Assembly (NCBI GenBank): GCA_034434095.1
Contig: DAOTZN010000111.1
Span: 1 to 42,749, forward strand
Direction of reading: 5' to 3'
Length of the DNA stretch: 42,749 bases
Origin: Anaerolineales bacterium
Lineage (GTDB): Bacteria; Chloroflexota; Anaerolineae; Anaerolineales; DRKV01
In this document: positions 17,003 through 25,542 of the stretch, piece by piece
Layout of the letters: every line of letters begins with the position of its first letter
Numbering within the stretch: the first letter of the stretch is position 1
Program-made: the position numbers and the translations under genes
Notes under the pieces: generated by a model
Told to the model about the DNA's origin: nothing
Database searches by the model: none
The model's input: the letters and a program-made list of their open reading frames with translations, nothing else

Positions 17003-17776
17003 ATGGATGCAATTGTCCTGGCAGGTGGTGTTCCAAATCGGGAAAGTCCTCTTTACGAGGCGACTCAAGGGCAGCCCAAGGCATTGTTGGATGTCGCCGG
17101 GCAACCGATGGTACAGTGGGTGCTGGACGCGCTGAACGGGGCAGATAGCGTCGATCACATTATCGTTGTGGGTCTACCAGAAGACGCGCCCATTCACAGC
17201 GAAAAACCGCTGCACTTCCTGCCCCCCCAAGGACATATGGTAGAGAATATCATGGCCGGGGCGGATTTTATTTTGCAGCGCAACCCACAAGCCGACCTGG
17301 CGTTTGTGGTTTCCGCCGATATTCCGGCCATTACAGCGCCAATGGTGGACTGGCTGGCCGCGCAGGTGGAGCCGGGGACGGTGGACGCCTGTTACACCGT
17401 CGTGCAGCGTGAGGTGATGGAAAAACGTTATCCCACTTCCCGGCGCACATACACCCATCTGAAAGACATGACTGTGTGCGGTGGCGACATCAACATCTTC
17501 CGACCAGCCCTGGCACACACAAACACCGACTTCTGGGATCGAGTTATTGAGGCCCGCAAAAACGTCTTTAAGCAGGCTTCATTGGTCGGCTATGATACCT
17601 TGTTGTTGCTGCTCTTGCGCCAGTTGACCTTGAAAGCCGCCATCGACAAAGTGTGTAAACGTCTAAAAATTCGCGGCCAGGCCATTATCAGCCCCTATGC
17701 TGAAATGGGAATGGATGTAGACAAACCCTTCCAATTGGAAATCATTCGCGCCGATCTGGAAGCCCGTCGAGTATGA
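17003..17776 (+). CDS. MobA-like NTP transferase domain protein (nucleotidyltransferase)
   Basis: MDAIVLAGGVPNRE...GQPKALLDVAGQPMVQWVLDAL is the N-terminal LAGGxxxR/K nucleotidyltransferase signature. It starts 1 nt after the previous stop. Confidence 0.75.
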   Translation: MDAIVLAGGVPNRESPLYEATQGQPKALLDVAGQPMVQWVLDALNGADSVDHIIVVGLPEDAPIHSEKPLHFLPPQGHMVENIMAGADFILQRNPQADLAFVVSADIPAITAPMVDWLAAQVEPGTVDACYTVVQREVMEKRYPTSRRTYTHLKDMTVCGGDINIFRPALAHTNTDFWDRVIEARKNVFKQASLVGYDTLLLLLLRQLTLKAAIDKVCKRLKIRGQAIISPYAEMGMDVDKPFQLEIIRADLEARRV

Positions 17777-18288
17777 ACTTGCAAACGTTACTGGCACGCG
17801 ATGCCGAGATTTCAGCCCGCATGCGCATTGCTGAACAGCCGGGAAAACTGCGCACGCTGGCAGCGTTGCTGGCGCATTCCGGGGATTCGTGGTTTTGGGG
17901 GCTGGGGCTTGCGTTGCTGGCACTTCTGCGCCCTGGCTTCTGGCGCACGTGGGCACTTACGTTGCTGGCCGTCATCGTGGTGGCGGCCATGCTGGTGCTG
18001 ATAATCAAATTCCGCGTGCGCCGCAACCGCCCGGAAGGCGAATGGGGGCAAATTTACCGCAGTACGGATCCCCATTCTTTTCCCTCCGGGCATGCCGTGC
18101 GCGCCTTCATGCTGGCAACACTCACCCTGGGCATTGGCCCATTTTGGCTGGGGGTACTGCTGGCCATCTGGGCACCATTGGTGGCGCTGGCGCGCGTTGC
18201 CATGGGCGTACACTACCTATCCGACGTCCTCGTCGGGGGAGTGCTTGGGCTACTCATCGGTCTGGCTGCGCTCGCAATATTGCAGTAA
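17773..18288 (+). CDS. PAP2 family membrane phosphatase
   Basis: The three PAP2 motifs are present: KFRVRRNRP, PSGH and ARVAMGVHYLSDV. There are four TM segments. The start overlaps the previous stop (ATGA). Confidence 0.8.
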   Translation: MNLQTLLARDAEISARMRIAEQPGKLRTLAALLAHSGDSWFWGLGLALLALLRPGFWRTWALTLLAVIVVAAMLVLIIKFRVRRNRPEGEWGQIYRSTDPHSFPSGHAVRAFMLATLTLGIGPFWLGVLLAIWAPLVALARVAMGVHYLSDVLVGGVLGLLIGLAALAILQ

Positions 18289-18312
18289 GGGTTTGCCCAT
18301 AAATACGATTTT

Positions 18313-18375
18313 TTGGTTCTTCAACGTTGAAGAGTTAACGCAAAGACGCGGCGGCACAAAGAAAATCACGTTTTG
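18313..18375 (+). repeat. R2 element (palindrome CTTCAACGTTGAAG plus an R1-like TTAACGCAAAG core), copy 1
   Basis: About 90 percent identical to 25276-25339. Confidence 0.8.
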
Positions 18376-18389
18376 TTACCACACCTTGT

Positions 18390-18462
18390 CAACTTTGCGT
18401 TAAGGTTTTAGGGTTCCCCCAACGTGCCGACCTGGGGGGAGGCGTCCCCAGTTTGGGCGAAG
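18390..18462 (+). repeat. R3 73-nt direct repeat, copy 1
   Basis: Differs from 18626-18698 at 4 of 73 positions. Confidence 0.85.
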
Positions 18463-18472
18463 TTCGAGATCG

Positions 18473-18533
18473 TCGGACTGAAGTCCTGCCTCAGTTCGTG
18501 AAAGTCGGGTAGAACCGACTGGGGAGGCAACCC
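18473..18533 (-). repeat. M1 element copy 3 (inverted orientation, variant hairpin)
   Basis: The first 32 nt are identical to the reverse complement of 99-130. The hairpin part is replaced by AGTCGG...CCGACT. Confidence 0.85.
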
Positions 18534-18559
18534 AATAGGGACATTAAATTGACCGACTT

Positions 18560-18645
18560 CATTGCACAAAGATATTTTTTAACGCCAAGATTTTTATATT
18601 TCGCTTGTTTCCCTTTGCGCCTTTGCAACTTTGCGTTAAGGTTTT
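18560..18645 (-). repeat. R1 element, inverted copy
   Basis: Its reverse complement aligns along the whole of 11113-11205. It contains CTTTGCG / CTTTGCA / CTTTGCG at 18613, 18621 and 18629. Confidence 0.75.
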
Positions 18646-18698
18646 AGGGTTCCCCCAACGTCCCGACCTGGAGGTCGGCGTCCCCAGTTTGGGCGAAG
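18626..18698 (+). repeat. R3 73-nt direct repeat, copy 2
   Basis: Differs from 18390-18462 at 4 of 73 positions. It contains the hairpin CCGACCTggAGGTCGG. Confidence 0.85.
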
Positions 18699-18792
18699 CA
18701 ATCTCCTCAGGCCTGGTGAGCAAGTGAGGAAACTTATTCTTTGACGGAACCTAAGTGTGGACGATGGCTACCTGCTACCCTCTAATGGCTGA

Positions 18793-19554
18793 CTACTTCT
18801 TCACCCTGCGCAAAAAAGCCGGGCTGTTCAAACTGTGTTCCAACAGGGAAGCCAAATAATGCTCCATGAGCGTTTCCATTTCACGCCAAACTTCTGGGGT
18901 AGGGTTTGCGCGGCGGGCGTCTTCGTACTTACTCCGTTGAAAATGCCGTAAAAATCGCAAGGCATCTATCGAGACCGGGTATAGTATGCCACTATCAGGG
19001 GGATGGGAACGCGGACAAACCACGCCACCATGTTGCACAGAGAAGAACTGGTCTTCGGGTTCAATTTTCTGGCCACACAAAACGCACTCAAACAACTGCG
19101 GACGAAATCCCAATCTATCCAACAAACGCAATTCATAATAACGCAACACCAGCGCGGGCACTTCGCCACGCGACAGGCGCTCTAAGGCACGCTGGGTAAG
19201 ACGGTATAACGAAGCATTCTCCCCATCTTCATAAGTGAAACGGTCGAGCAACTCTACGAGGTAGGAGGCCTGCCCCAAACGTTCCAGGTCGGTGCGCAAC
19301 GGCAGGTAGGCATCTAACGTTTCAGCCTGCGTCAAAATATAAAACGTGCGACCGCGCGCCAACAAAATATGTGTACGCATAAAGGGTTCCAGGTGTCCGG
19401 CTTTACGTGAGGTAATCTTGCGCACACCTTTCGCCAGGGCCTGCACCTTGCCCAGATGCAGCGTATACAGCCGTAGCAGGCGGTCTGTTTCCCCGTAATC
19501 TTTATGCGCCAGGACAATCGCCTCGGTGCGGATGCTACGCGGTAGTTTATTCAT
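18793..19554 (-). CDS. recO: DNA repair protein RecO
   Basis: N-terminal OB-fold region EAIVLAHKDYGETDRLLRLYT...GKVQALAKGVRK and a Zn motif CVLCGQ...VCPRS. The ATG overlaps the upstream stop (ATGA). Confidence 0.9.
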   Translation of the reverse strand: MNKLPRSIRTEAIVLAHKDYGETDRLLRLYTLHLGKVQALAKGVRKITSRKAGHLEPFMRTHILLARGRTFYILTQAETLDAYLPLRTDLERLGQASYLVELLDRFTYEDGENASLYRLTQRALERLSRGEVPALVLRYYELRLLDRLGFRPQLFECVLCGQKIEPEDQFFSVQHGGVVCPRSHPPDSGILYPVSIDALRFLRHFQRSKYEDARRANPTPEVWREMETLMEHYLASLLEHSLNSPAFLRRVKK

Positions 19555-20867
19555 GTCTCCAGGCGACGTAACAACACCTTTGAAATGCGTAAACCGTCCA
19601 TTTCTTTGACTTCCAGGTGGACGCCGTCGACATCGACGCTATCTCCAATTTTGGGGATGCGCTCCAACCGTCCAAGCAGATACCCTGCAATCGTGTTATA
19701 GTTTGGGTCTTCAAGGCTCAAACCGAGTTCATCGTTAACGTCCTCAATTAGGGTCAAACCGTCAATCAGCATTTGGCCATCAGAGAGCGCTTGAATCTCG
19801 GGGGCCTCCTCATCAAATGGGTCGCCGATCTCTCCGAGAATCTCTTCCACCAGGTCTTCCAACGTCACCAACCCAGCCGTACCACCATATTCATCTAAAA
19901 CAATGGCGATATGCTGGCGGCGGTTACGAAATTCGCGTAGCAAATGGCTAACCGGAATGGAGCGTGGCACAAACAAGGCTTCGCGCGCCAGGTCACGGGC
20001 TGTACAATGCTGCTGCTCAGGATTCTGCATGGCAACAATCACATCACGGACGTGAAGAATACCGATAATTTGGTCCAGGTTCTCCTCGTAAACGGGGAAT
20101 TTAGTATAGGGGCTTTGTAGCATTACCTGGACAGTATCCTGCAACAAGGCATTTGCATCTACGGCAATTACTTCAGTGCGTGGAATCATCACTTGCTCAC
20201 TGAGTAAGCCTCCAAAATCAAACAAGGCATGCAGCATTTCCCCCTCATCACGCGCCATCATGCCGCTCTCGGCGCTGGCCTCTACCAACATTTTAAGTTC
20301 TTCTACCGAGTGCACCAATTCGTGCCCGGAGGCAGGTTGAATGCCCACCAACCGCAACAACATGTTCCCGGTGCCATTCAATGCCCAGATCGCCGGTTTG
20401 AAAATGATTTCTGTCCACAGGGTGGGAAGCGCCACCACCAGTGAGGCGGCTTCCGGGTTTTGCAGAGCAATGGATTTTGGTGCTAACTCACCGGCTACCA
20501 CGTGCAAGAAAGTGATAACCGCAAAAGAAATACCGGCTGCAATGCTATGCGAAACCTCACTTTGAATGTTTAGCGGGAAAAGGCGAACCACCGGTTCCAG
20601 AAAATGTGAAAGCGCCGGTTCTCCTATCCAGCCTAACCCCAGACTGGCAAGCGTGATGCCAAGTTGCGTAGCCGCAATTACTGCATCGGGATTTTCAAGG
20701 GCTTTTTGAACAGAACGTGCCCTCAGATTGCCTTGTGCTACCAGTTCGGCAATACGCGTCCGCCGCACACTAACTAACGCGAACTCTGCGGTCACAAAAA
20801 AGCCATTCATTACAACCAGAAAAAGCACTAAAATCAGTTTGAAGATATCTACCCAGAAAGTTTCCAT
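19551..20867 (-). CDS. HlyC/CorC (CNNM) family transporter: DUF21 + CBS pair + CorC_HlyC
   Basis: The DUF21 N-terminus is LVVMNGFFVTAEFALVSVRRTRI, followed by a CBS pair and a C-terminal transporter-associated domain. The ATG at 20867 is preferred; the ORF-track GTG at 20897 would overlap the upstream gene. Confidence 0.85.
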   Translation of the reverse strand: METFWVDIFKLILVLFLVVMNGFFVTAEFALVSVRRTRIAELVAQGNLRARSVQKALENPDAVIAATQLGITLASLGLGWIGEPALSHFLEPVVRLFPLNIQSEVSHSIAAGISFAVITFLHVVAGELAPKSIALQNPEAASLVVALPTLWTEIIFKPAIWALNGTGNMLLRLVGIQPASGHELVHSVEELKMLVEASAESGMMARDEGEMLHALFDFGGLLSEQVMIPRTEVIAVDANALLQDTVQVMLQSPYTKFPVYEENLDQIIGILHVRDVIVAMQNPEQQHCTARDLAREALFVPRSIPVSHLLREFRNRRQHIAIVLDEYGGTAGLVTLEDLVEEILGEIGDPFDEEAPEIQALSDGQMLIDGLTLIEDVNDELGLSLEDPNYNTIAGYLLGRLERIPKIGDSVDVDGVHLEVKEMDGLRISKVLLRRLET

Positions 20868-20874
20868 AATTTTT

Positions 20875-21717
20875 TCACTTGACAAACACAGCCGCACCGT
20901 ATCCTACCACCCGGTTGAAATCTCCGGTTACATCACCGGAGGTTGCATACCGCAGGATGTGCGCACGAGTAGCGCCTAATGCGAGACAGGCCCACATCAC
21001 AGTGGCCAGTGCACCGCGCCCACAGGCAAATCCTTTGCCTTCCTCCTCGGCTTGCAAGACCGCTAACGGATCAAAATCCGCCACCCGGCGCAACATCTCT
21101 TCATCCAATCGCCGGGCATTACCCTGGGTGTAGAAGTGCGATAAATCCGTGCTGGCAACCAGCAAAGCCGAAGTATCCCTGAGCACATCGGCTAAAGCAG
21201 TTCCCAACGCCTGTAACACGCCGGGGTCATGCACTCGCACCATCACCGGCAACAATTCAAAAGGCATGCCCAATACATGCTGCAAGAAAGGCAATTCAAT
21301 TTCCAAAGAATGCTCAGGATCGCGCCCAACAGGCATCAACCCTTGGCCGACATGCGCCTGCAACTTCTCATCCAGCGCCACTATTCGCTGACGATCAATT
21401 GGAATCTCACCCAACGGTGTCAGGTAGGCGCGATGAGAACTGGTTAACAGCGGATAAGGATATGGGTAATGCATCGGCGAAACCACCGCTACCACCGAGG
21501 GGCTTGCTCCTTGCACCGCTGCAAAAGCATAGGCGGCTACCGGCCCAGAATATAGATACCCGGCATGGGGCACCATAATGCCCACTATCTCACCATCAAA
21601 CTTCGGTAAAGTGACTTGCTCCAAATACTTGTTGAGATCGTGACGCAAGGTATCCGCCCGTCCCGGATACCACTGCCCTGCAATTGGAGACGGACGCACG
21701 CTAGATTGAAACTGCAT
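20875..21717 (-). CDS. MEMO1 family protein (AmmeMemoRadiSam system protein B type)
   Basis: VPHAGYLYSGPVAAYAF and STDLSH motifs. The ATG at 21717 lies 6 nt after a GGAGG and is preferred to the TTG at 21723. Confidence 0.85.
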   Translation of the reverse strand: MQFQSSVRPSPIAGQWYPGRADTLRHDLNKYLEQVTLPKFDGEIVGIMVPHAGYLYSGPVAAYAFAAVQGASPSVVAVVSPMHYPYPYPLLTSSHRAYLTPLGEIPIDRQRIVALDEKLQAHVGQGLMPVGRDPEHSLEIELPFLQHVLGMPFELLPVMVRVHDPGVLQALGTALADVLRDTSALLVASTDLSHFYTQGNARRLDEEMLRRVADFDPLAVLQAEEEGKGFACGRGALATVMWACLALGATRAHILRYATSGDVTGDFNRVVGYGAAVFVK

Positions 21718-21909
21718 GATCAACCTCCTGTTTCAAAACCTGCAAAGCACACCTCCCCGTCTTTAGAAGCCACGGGTATCTGTCAAGCCCTTCAGATGGC
21801 TTTCAGGGGAGTTCCGGCGTGCATCAGGAAAACGATTGCTTTCATTCTAGCACAACTTCACATGTGATGGCACATTGAGCGTAGATACAAATTCAGAACC
21901 TGCCCCCAC

Positions 21910-22947
21910 TCAGCCACGTTTCTCGGCAATGACATCTCGCAAAATATCATCTAGGTTATGTTTCGGTTGCCATCCTAACAGAGCACGAATGCGGGAAGTA
22001 TCCGGCACCCGCCGGCGCATATCATCAAAGCCGGCCGCATAGGCCTGCTCATAAGGAATCAACGTAATGCGCTTATCATCCGGCGGAGGCAGCACCTGCT
22101 CCCCATGCACAGCCGCCAACACGCGCCGCGCCAAATCCAGAATGGTGATTTCCTCGCCATTGCCAACATTGAAGACCTTTCCCACCGCTTCGGGGTGTGC
22201 TGCCAGGCCGATAATGGCATTCACTGCATCATGAACGTGCATGAAACAGCGCGATTGTTGCCCATCGCCGTACACCGTCAGGGGCTCTCCTTTGAGCGCC
22301 TGCTGAACAAAGCGCGGAATAACCATGCCATAACGCCCTACCTGGCGTGGTCCAACCGTATTGAACAAGCGGAAAATCACCACCGGTAGGTTATATTCAC
22401 TATGGTATGCCAACCCCAAAAATTCATCTACCATTTTCGAGGCCGCGTACCCCCAACGGCTGCGGGAGGTCGGGCCCAAAACGACGTCATCCTCTTCTCG
22501 AAAAGGCACTGCCACACCCTTGCCGTACACTTCGGAGGTAGAGGCAATCAACACGCGGGCACGGTAACGCAAAGCCGTTCGCAGCACCACCTCGGTGCCC
22601 ATGACGTTATCCTGAATGGTATGCACCGGCTTCTCCACAATCAACTTAACCCCTACCGCGGCCGCCAGATGATAAATCACCCCACAATCACTGGCCAGGC
22701 GGTCCAAAACGGCCTCATTCGCGATGGTGTCAATTGCGAACCGAAAACGAGGGTGCTCTACCAGGTGTGCGATATTCTCAAAACGCCCGGTAGAAAGGTC
22801 GTCAATCACGGTCACTTCATGTCCCTGGGCGAGCAAAGTTTCGGCCAGGTGGCTGCCAATAAAGCCCGCACCGCCGGTAATCAATACTCGGCGGCGGAAA
22901 TTAGCACGGTGGGCCTGCAACTGCGTGGTATCAGAAGATACGGTCAT
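21910..22947 (-). CDS. NAD-dependent epimerase/dehydratase (extended SDR, UDP-sugar decarboxylase/epimerase-like)
   Basis: TGGAGFIGSHL Rossmann motif and the catalytic YAASK. GGAGGAG Shine-Dalgarno. Confidence 0.85.
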   Translation of the reverse strand: MTVSSDTTQLQAHRANFRRRVLITGGAGFIGSHLAETLLAQGHEVTVIDDLSTGRFENIAHLVEHPRFRFAIDTIANEAVLDRLASDCGVIYHLAAAVGVKLIVEKPVHTIQDNVMGTEVVLRTALRYRARVLIASTSEVYGKGVAVPFREEDDVVLGPTSRSRWGYAASKMVDEFLGLAYHSEYNLPVVIFRLFNTVGPRQVGRYGMVIPRFVQQALKGEPLTVYGDGQQSRCFMHVHDAVNAIIGLAAHPEAVGKVFNVGNGEEITILDLARRVLAAVHGEQVLPPPDDKRITLIPYEQAYAAGFDDMRRRVPDTSRIRALLGWQPKHNLDDILRDVIAEKRG

Positions 22948-22971
22948 GCTTCTCCTCCTACTAAGACAGAT

Positions 22972-23784
22972 TCAAGGGAACAGATAGGCATCGTCTTCTT
23001 GCCAATGCCAGGTGAGAATTTCGGGGGTGGATTCCCCCATCAAACGACGGACCGCGGCCCCAAAGTGCGCCGCGTCCCCGGTGGTGACGTAACGAACTCC
23101 CCCCGCGGGTGCTCCCGTTTCCCTAAGGTGATGCTGACCCAGAAGGCGCGCCGTCTGGCGGGCAATGGCAGGTGCGGGGTCAATCACCCGCACCTGCGGA
23201 CCGGCAATCTCCTCAATAAGAGGACGCACAAAGGGGTAATGGGTGCATCCCAAAACAATGGTATCAATATTCTGCGCCAACATTGGAAACAAGGCGCGTT
23301 CTAAAATGGCTCTTGTCTCAGGAGCATCTAGCGCACCGGCCTCAATCTGCTCTACCAACCCGGCACAGGTATCTTGCAAAATCGTCACACCCTTAGCAAA
23401 GCGTTCTACCACCGAGGCATACAACTTCCCCTGAAAGGTAGCCGGTGTCGCCAGGACGCCTACCACACCGCTGTGCGTGTGCTCAGCAGCCGGTTTGACG
23501 GCCGGCTCCATCCCCACAAAAGGTGTATCGGGGAAGGTGGCGCGCAAGTAATGCAACGCCGCCGCCGAAGCCGTATTGCAGGCCACCACGATTAAATCAA
23601 CGCCTTGCGCCAGCAAAGCGCGGGTAATTTGTTCAGAAAAATGGCGCACTTCTAACAAAGGGCGCGGCCCATAGGGCACGTGCGCCTGGTCGGCCAGGTA
23701 AATGAAATTTTCGCCTGGCAATACCTTACGTAACACGCGCAGAATGCTCAGTCCCCCTACACCTGAATCGAAAACGCCAATCAT
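22972..23784 (-). CDS. murI: Glutamate racemase
   Basis: MIGVFDSGVGGLS, VVACNTASA and LGCTHYP motifs. The ATG at 23784 is preferred; the ORF-track start at 23913 would overlap the upstream gene. Confidence 0.9.
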   Translation of the reverse strand: MIGVFDSGVGGLSILRVLRKVLPGENFIYLADQAHVPYGPRPLLEVRHFSEQITRALLAQGVDLIVVACNTASAAALHYLRATFPDTPFVGMEPAVKPAAEHTHSGVVGVLATPATFQGKLYASVVERFAKGVTILQDTCAGLVEQIEAGALDAPETRAILERALFPMLAQNIDTIVLGCTHYPFVRPLIEEIAGPQVRVIDPAPAIARQTARLLGQHHLRETGAPAGGVRYVTTGDAAHFGAAVRRLMGESTPEILTWHWQEDDAYLFP

Positions 23785-23800
23785 AAGCGATGTAATCTGT

Positions 23801-24538
23801 TCAAGCAACCACCGGGTGCTTTTTGGACGCCGCCCGAATAAAGGTCTTGAATAGGGCTCGCATGGAGGCATGGTCTTGCAACCATTCGGGATGCCATTGC
23901 ACGGCCAGCCCAAAAGAAGCCTGCGGTAATTCTACCGCTTCCACCACCCCATCAGGGGAATATGCCACGGCCTGCAAAGCCGGCGCCAATTGATGGATAG
24001 CCTGATGGTGCAGACTATTTACCCACACCTGCTTCTCTCCTAGAATTTCCGCCAACCGAGAATCGGGCGTTATATCCACTACATGCGCCAGGTAGGGACG
24101 CGGCCAAAGTGGGTAGAAATCGTGTTTGTAGGCACCGGCTTTTTGCGCTTGCACATCGGTATACAACGTACCTCCCAACGCCACATTGACTAATTGTAAC
24201 CCGCGGCAAATTCCCAAAAAGGGCATGTCCCGCTGCAGTACCTTTTCAAAAAGCGCCAGTTCCATGTCATCTCGGCCTTCATCCACCGTATTCACCCAAT
24301 TATCCATGCCCGTGTGGTAGCGAGAAGGGTGAATGTCACCCCCGCCGGTGAAAACCACGCCATCCAAGACATCCAACAAAGGCTGAATATCTTCCACATC
24401 GGCATTAAGCGGTAGTAACACAGGCAAGCCACCGGCCTGACGAATGGCATTTAAATAGGCTTCGGCTACGCCTTGCATCTCCAGGCCATAACGGTATTGG
24501 ATTCGTGAGAGTGTAACGCCTATGAGCAATGCAGACAT
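23801..24538 (-). CDS. Gamma-glutamyl-gamma-aminobutyrate hydrolase family protein (class I glutamine amidotransferase, peptidase C26)
   Basis: The triad context is present: FLGICRGLQ, SLHHQA and VQWHPE. Confidence 0.85.
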   Translation of the reverse strand: MSALLIGVTLSRIQYRYGLEMQGVAEAYLNAIRQAGGLPVLLPLNADVEDIQPLLDVLDGVVFTGGGDIHPSRYHTGMDNWVNTVDEGRDDMELALFEKVLQRDMPFLGICRGLQLVNVALGGTLYTDVQAQKAGAYKHDFYPLWPRPYLAHVVDITPDSRLAEILGEKQVWVNSLHHQAIHQLAPALQAVAYSPDGVVEAVELPQASFGLAVQWHPEWLQDHASMRALFKTFIRAASKKHPVVA

Positions 24539-24601
24539 AAATTGCTTCCTAATAAACGTCCCCTATTGACAATGTTATGTTACGTGGGGTGCTTGAAAAC
24601 C

Positions 24602-24636
24602 CAAAAAGCAAAAGGGCGCAGCAAGAGGCTGCACCC
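24602..24636 (-). terminator. Intrinsic terminator after rplS
   Basis: Minus-strand RNA AGGGUGCAGC-CUCUU-GCUGCGCCCU followed by UUUGCUUUUUGG. Confidence 0.6.
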
Positions 24637-24662
24637 TGGTTTCATCAATCAACAACGGTTGG

Positions 24663-25013
24663 TTAAAATTTTTGTTTGAGGCGCGCCTTTTTACCAACCA
24701 AATCACGCAAGTGGTAAAGTCTGGCACGACGCACAACGGAATGGCGTTCCACTTTCACGTACTCGATACGCGGCGAATACACCAGAAAGGTGCGTTCTAC
24801 CCCAATACCGTTTTTAGCAATCCGGCGCACCGTGAAGTTTTTGTTCACACCACCGCCGTTAATACGAATAACAGTACCCCGAAATACCTGAACACGCTCG
24901 TTTGAGCCTTCTTTAATGCGCAACCCAACATCAACGATGTCACCAGGACGCAGATCTTCAGGGACATTAGACTTAAGTTCAGATTGGATTTCTTTCAATA
25001 ACTGTTGACTCAT
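24663..25013 (-). CDS. rplS: 50S ribosomal protein L19
   Basis: RPGDIVDVGLRIKEGSNERVQVFRGTVI...FTVRRIAKNGIGVERTF is the canonical L19 sequence. Confidence 0.95.
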   Translation of the reverse strand: MSQQLLKEIQSELKSNVPEDLRPGDIVDVGLRIKEGSNERVQVFRGTVIRINGGGVNKNFTVRRIAKNGIGVERTFLVYSPRIEYVKVERHSVVRRARLYHLRDLVGKKARLKQKF

Positions 25014-25132
25014 GACAGTACCCTTTTTTAGAAAAAATTTTCAAGCAATTTCCTCCTGCCAACAACGCGCAGGGGCAACTACATAATTGACACAGAACAC
25101 ACAAAACCTGCCTTTGGGCAGAATGGCGCGTA

Positions 25133-25160
25133 ATTTTACCATGTCGTCCCAAATATGCAA
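25133..25160 (-). promoter_or_regulatory. Promoter candidate for rplS: TTGCAT-16 nt-TAAAAT
   Basis: Read on the minus strand: TTGCAT at 25160-25155 and TAAAAT at 25138-25133. This predicts a ~110-nt leader. Confidence 0.4.
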
Positions 25161-25275
25161 AGGTTTTTTTAAACGTTTTGCAAAGAAAAGCCCCGGCTCC
25201 TCAAAAGTGCGGCTTGCCAACCCTCTGGCAGGCATGATAAACTAAGGCTTCGTCCATAAATAACTTCCCGGTTTG

Positions 25276-25339
25276 TTGGTTCTTCAGCGTTGAAGAGTTA
25301 ACGCAAAGACGCGACGTCGCAAAGAAATTCGCGTTTTAG
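25276..25339 (+). repeat. R2 element, copy 2
   Basis: About 90 percent identical to 18313-18375. Confidence 0.8.
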
Positions 25340-25388
25340 CACCAAAACCGGAGGAGATTTTCTGAGCGGGGCTAACCTGCTGCGCGCA

Positions 25389-25496
25389 GCCACCTGCTCA
25401 GTTCATGGAAGCCCATTGGGCTGGCACCCCAATGGGTAGCGGAAGGCAATGCCCTCCGCTACCCATTTCACGAACTGATGCAGGACTTCAGTCCGA
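25389..25496 (+). repeat. M1 element copy 2
   Basis: Positions 25453-25496 differ from 87-130 at 2 of 44 positions. The shared upstream arm is GCCACCYGCTCAG. An additional 9-bp hairpin is CCCATTGGG / CCCAATGGG. Confidence 0.85.
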
Positions 25497-25542
25497 CTCA
25501 TCGCAGTGGCAAAGGTACCCTACCCCTTGCCATTTCCCTACC

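Noticed and set aside
18390-18698. Possible CRISPR array suggested by near-identical direct repeats (also 11107/11285)
   Set aside because: There are only two copies of each repeat. The repeat lengths (73 and ~50 nt) and the spacers (163 and 128 nt) do not fit CRISPR geometry. The spacers are themselves repeat-family sequence, and there are no cas genes in the window.
22402-23304. Long antisense ORFs (22402-23304, 14143-14910, 393-833, 9507-9980, 17812-18213 and similar)
   Set aside because: They lie opposite genes with clear homology-like motifs. They have Arg/Gly/Pro-rich composition typical of off-frame translation in GC-rich DNA, lack a Shine-Dalgarno and have no recognisable domains.
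25042-25057. AGGAGGA followed 6 nt later by a TTG that would open a 21-codon uORF overlapping the rplS start
   Set aside because: It uses a non-ATG start, cannot be assessed for conservation, and has no recognisable peptide. It is mentioned only as context for the rplS leader finding.
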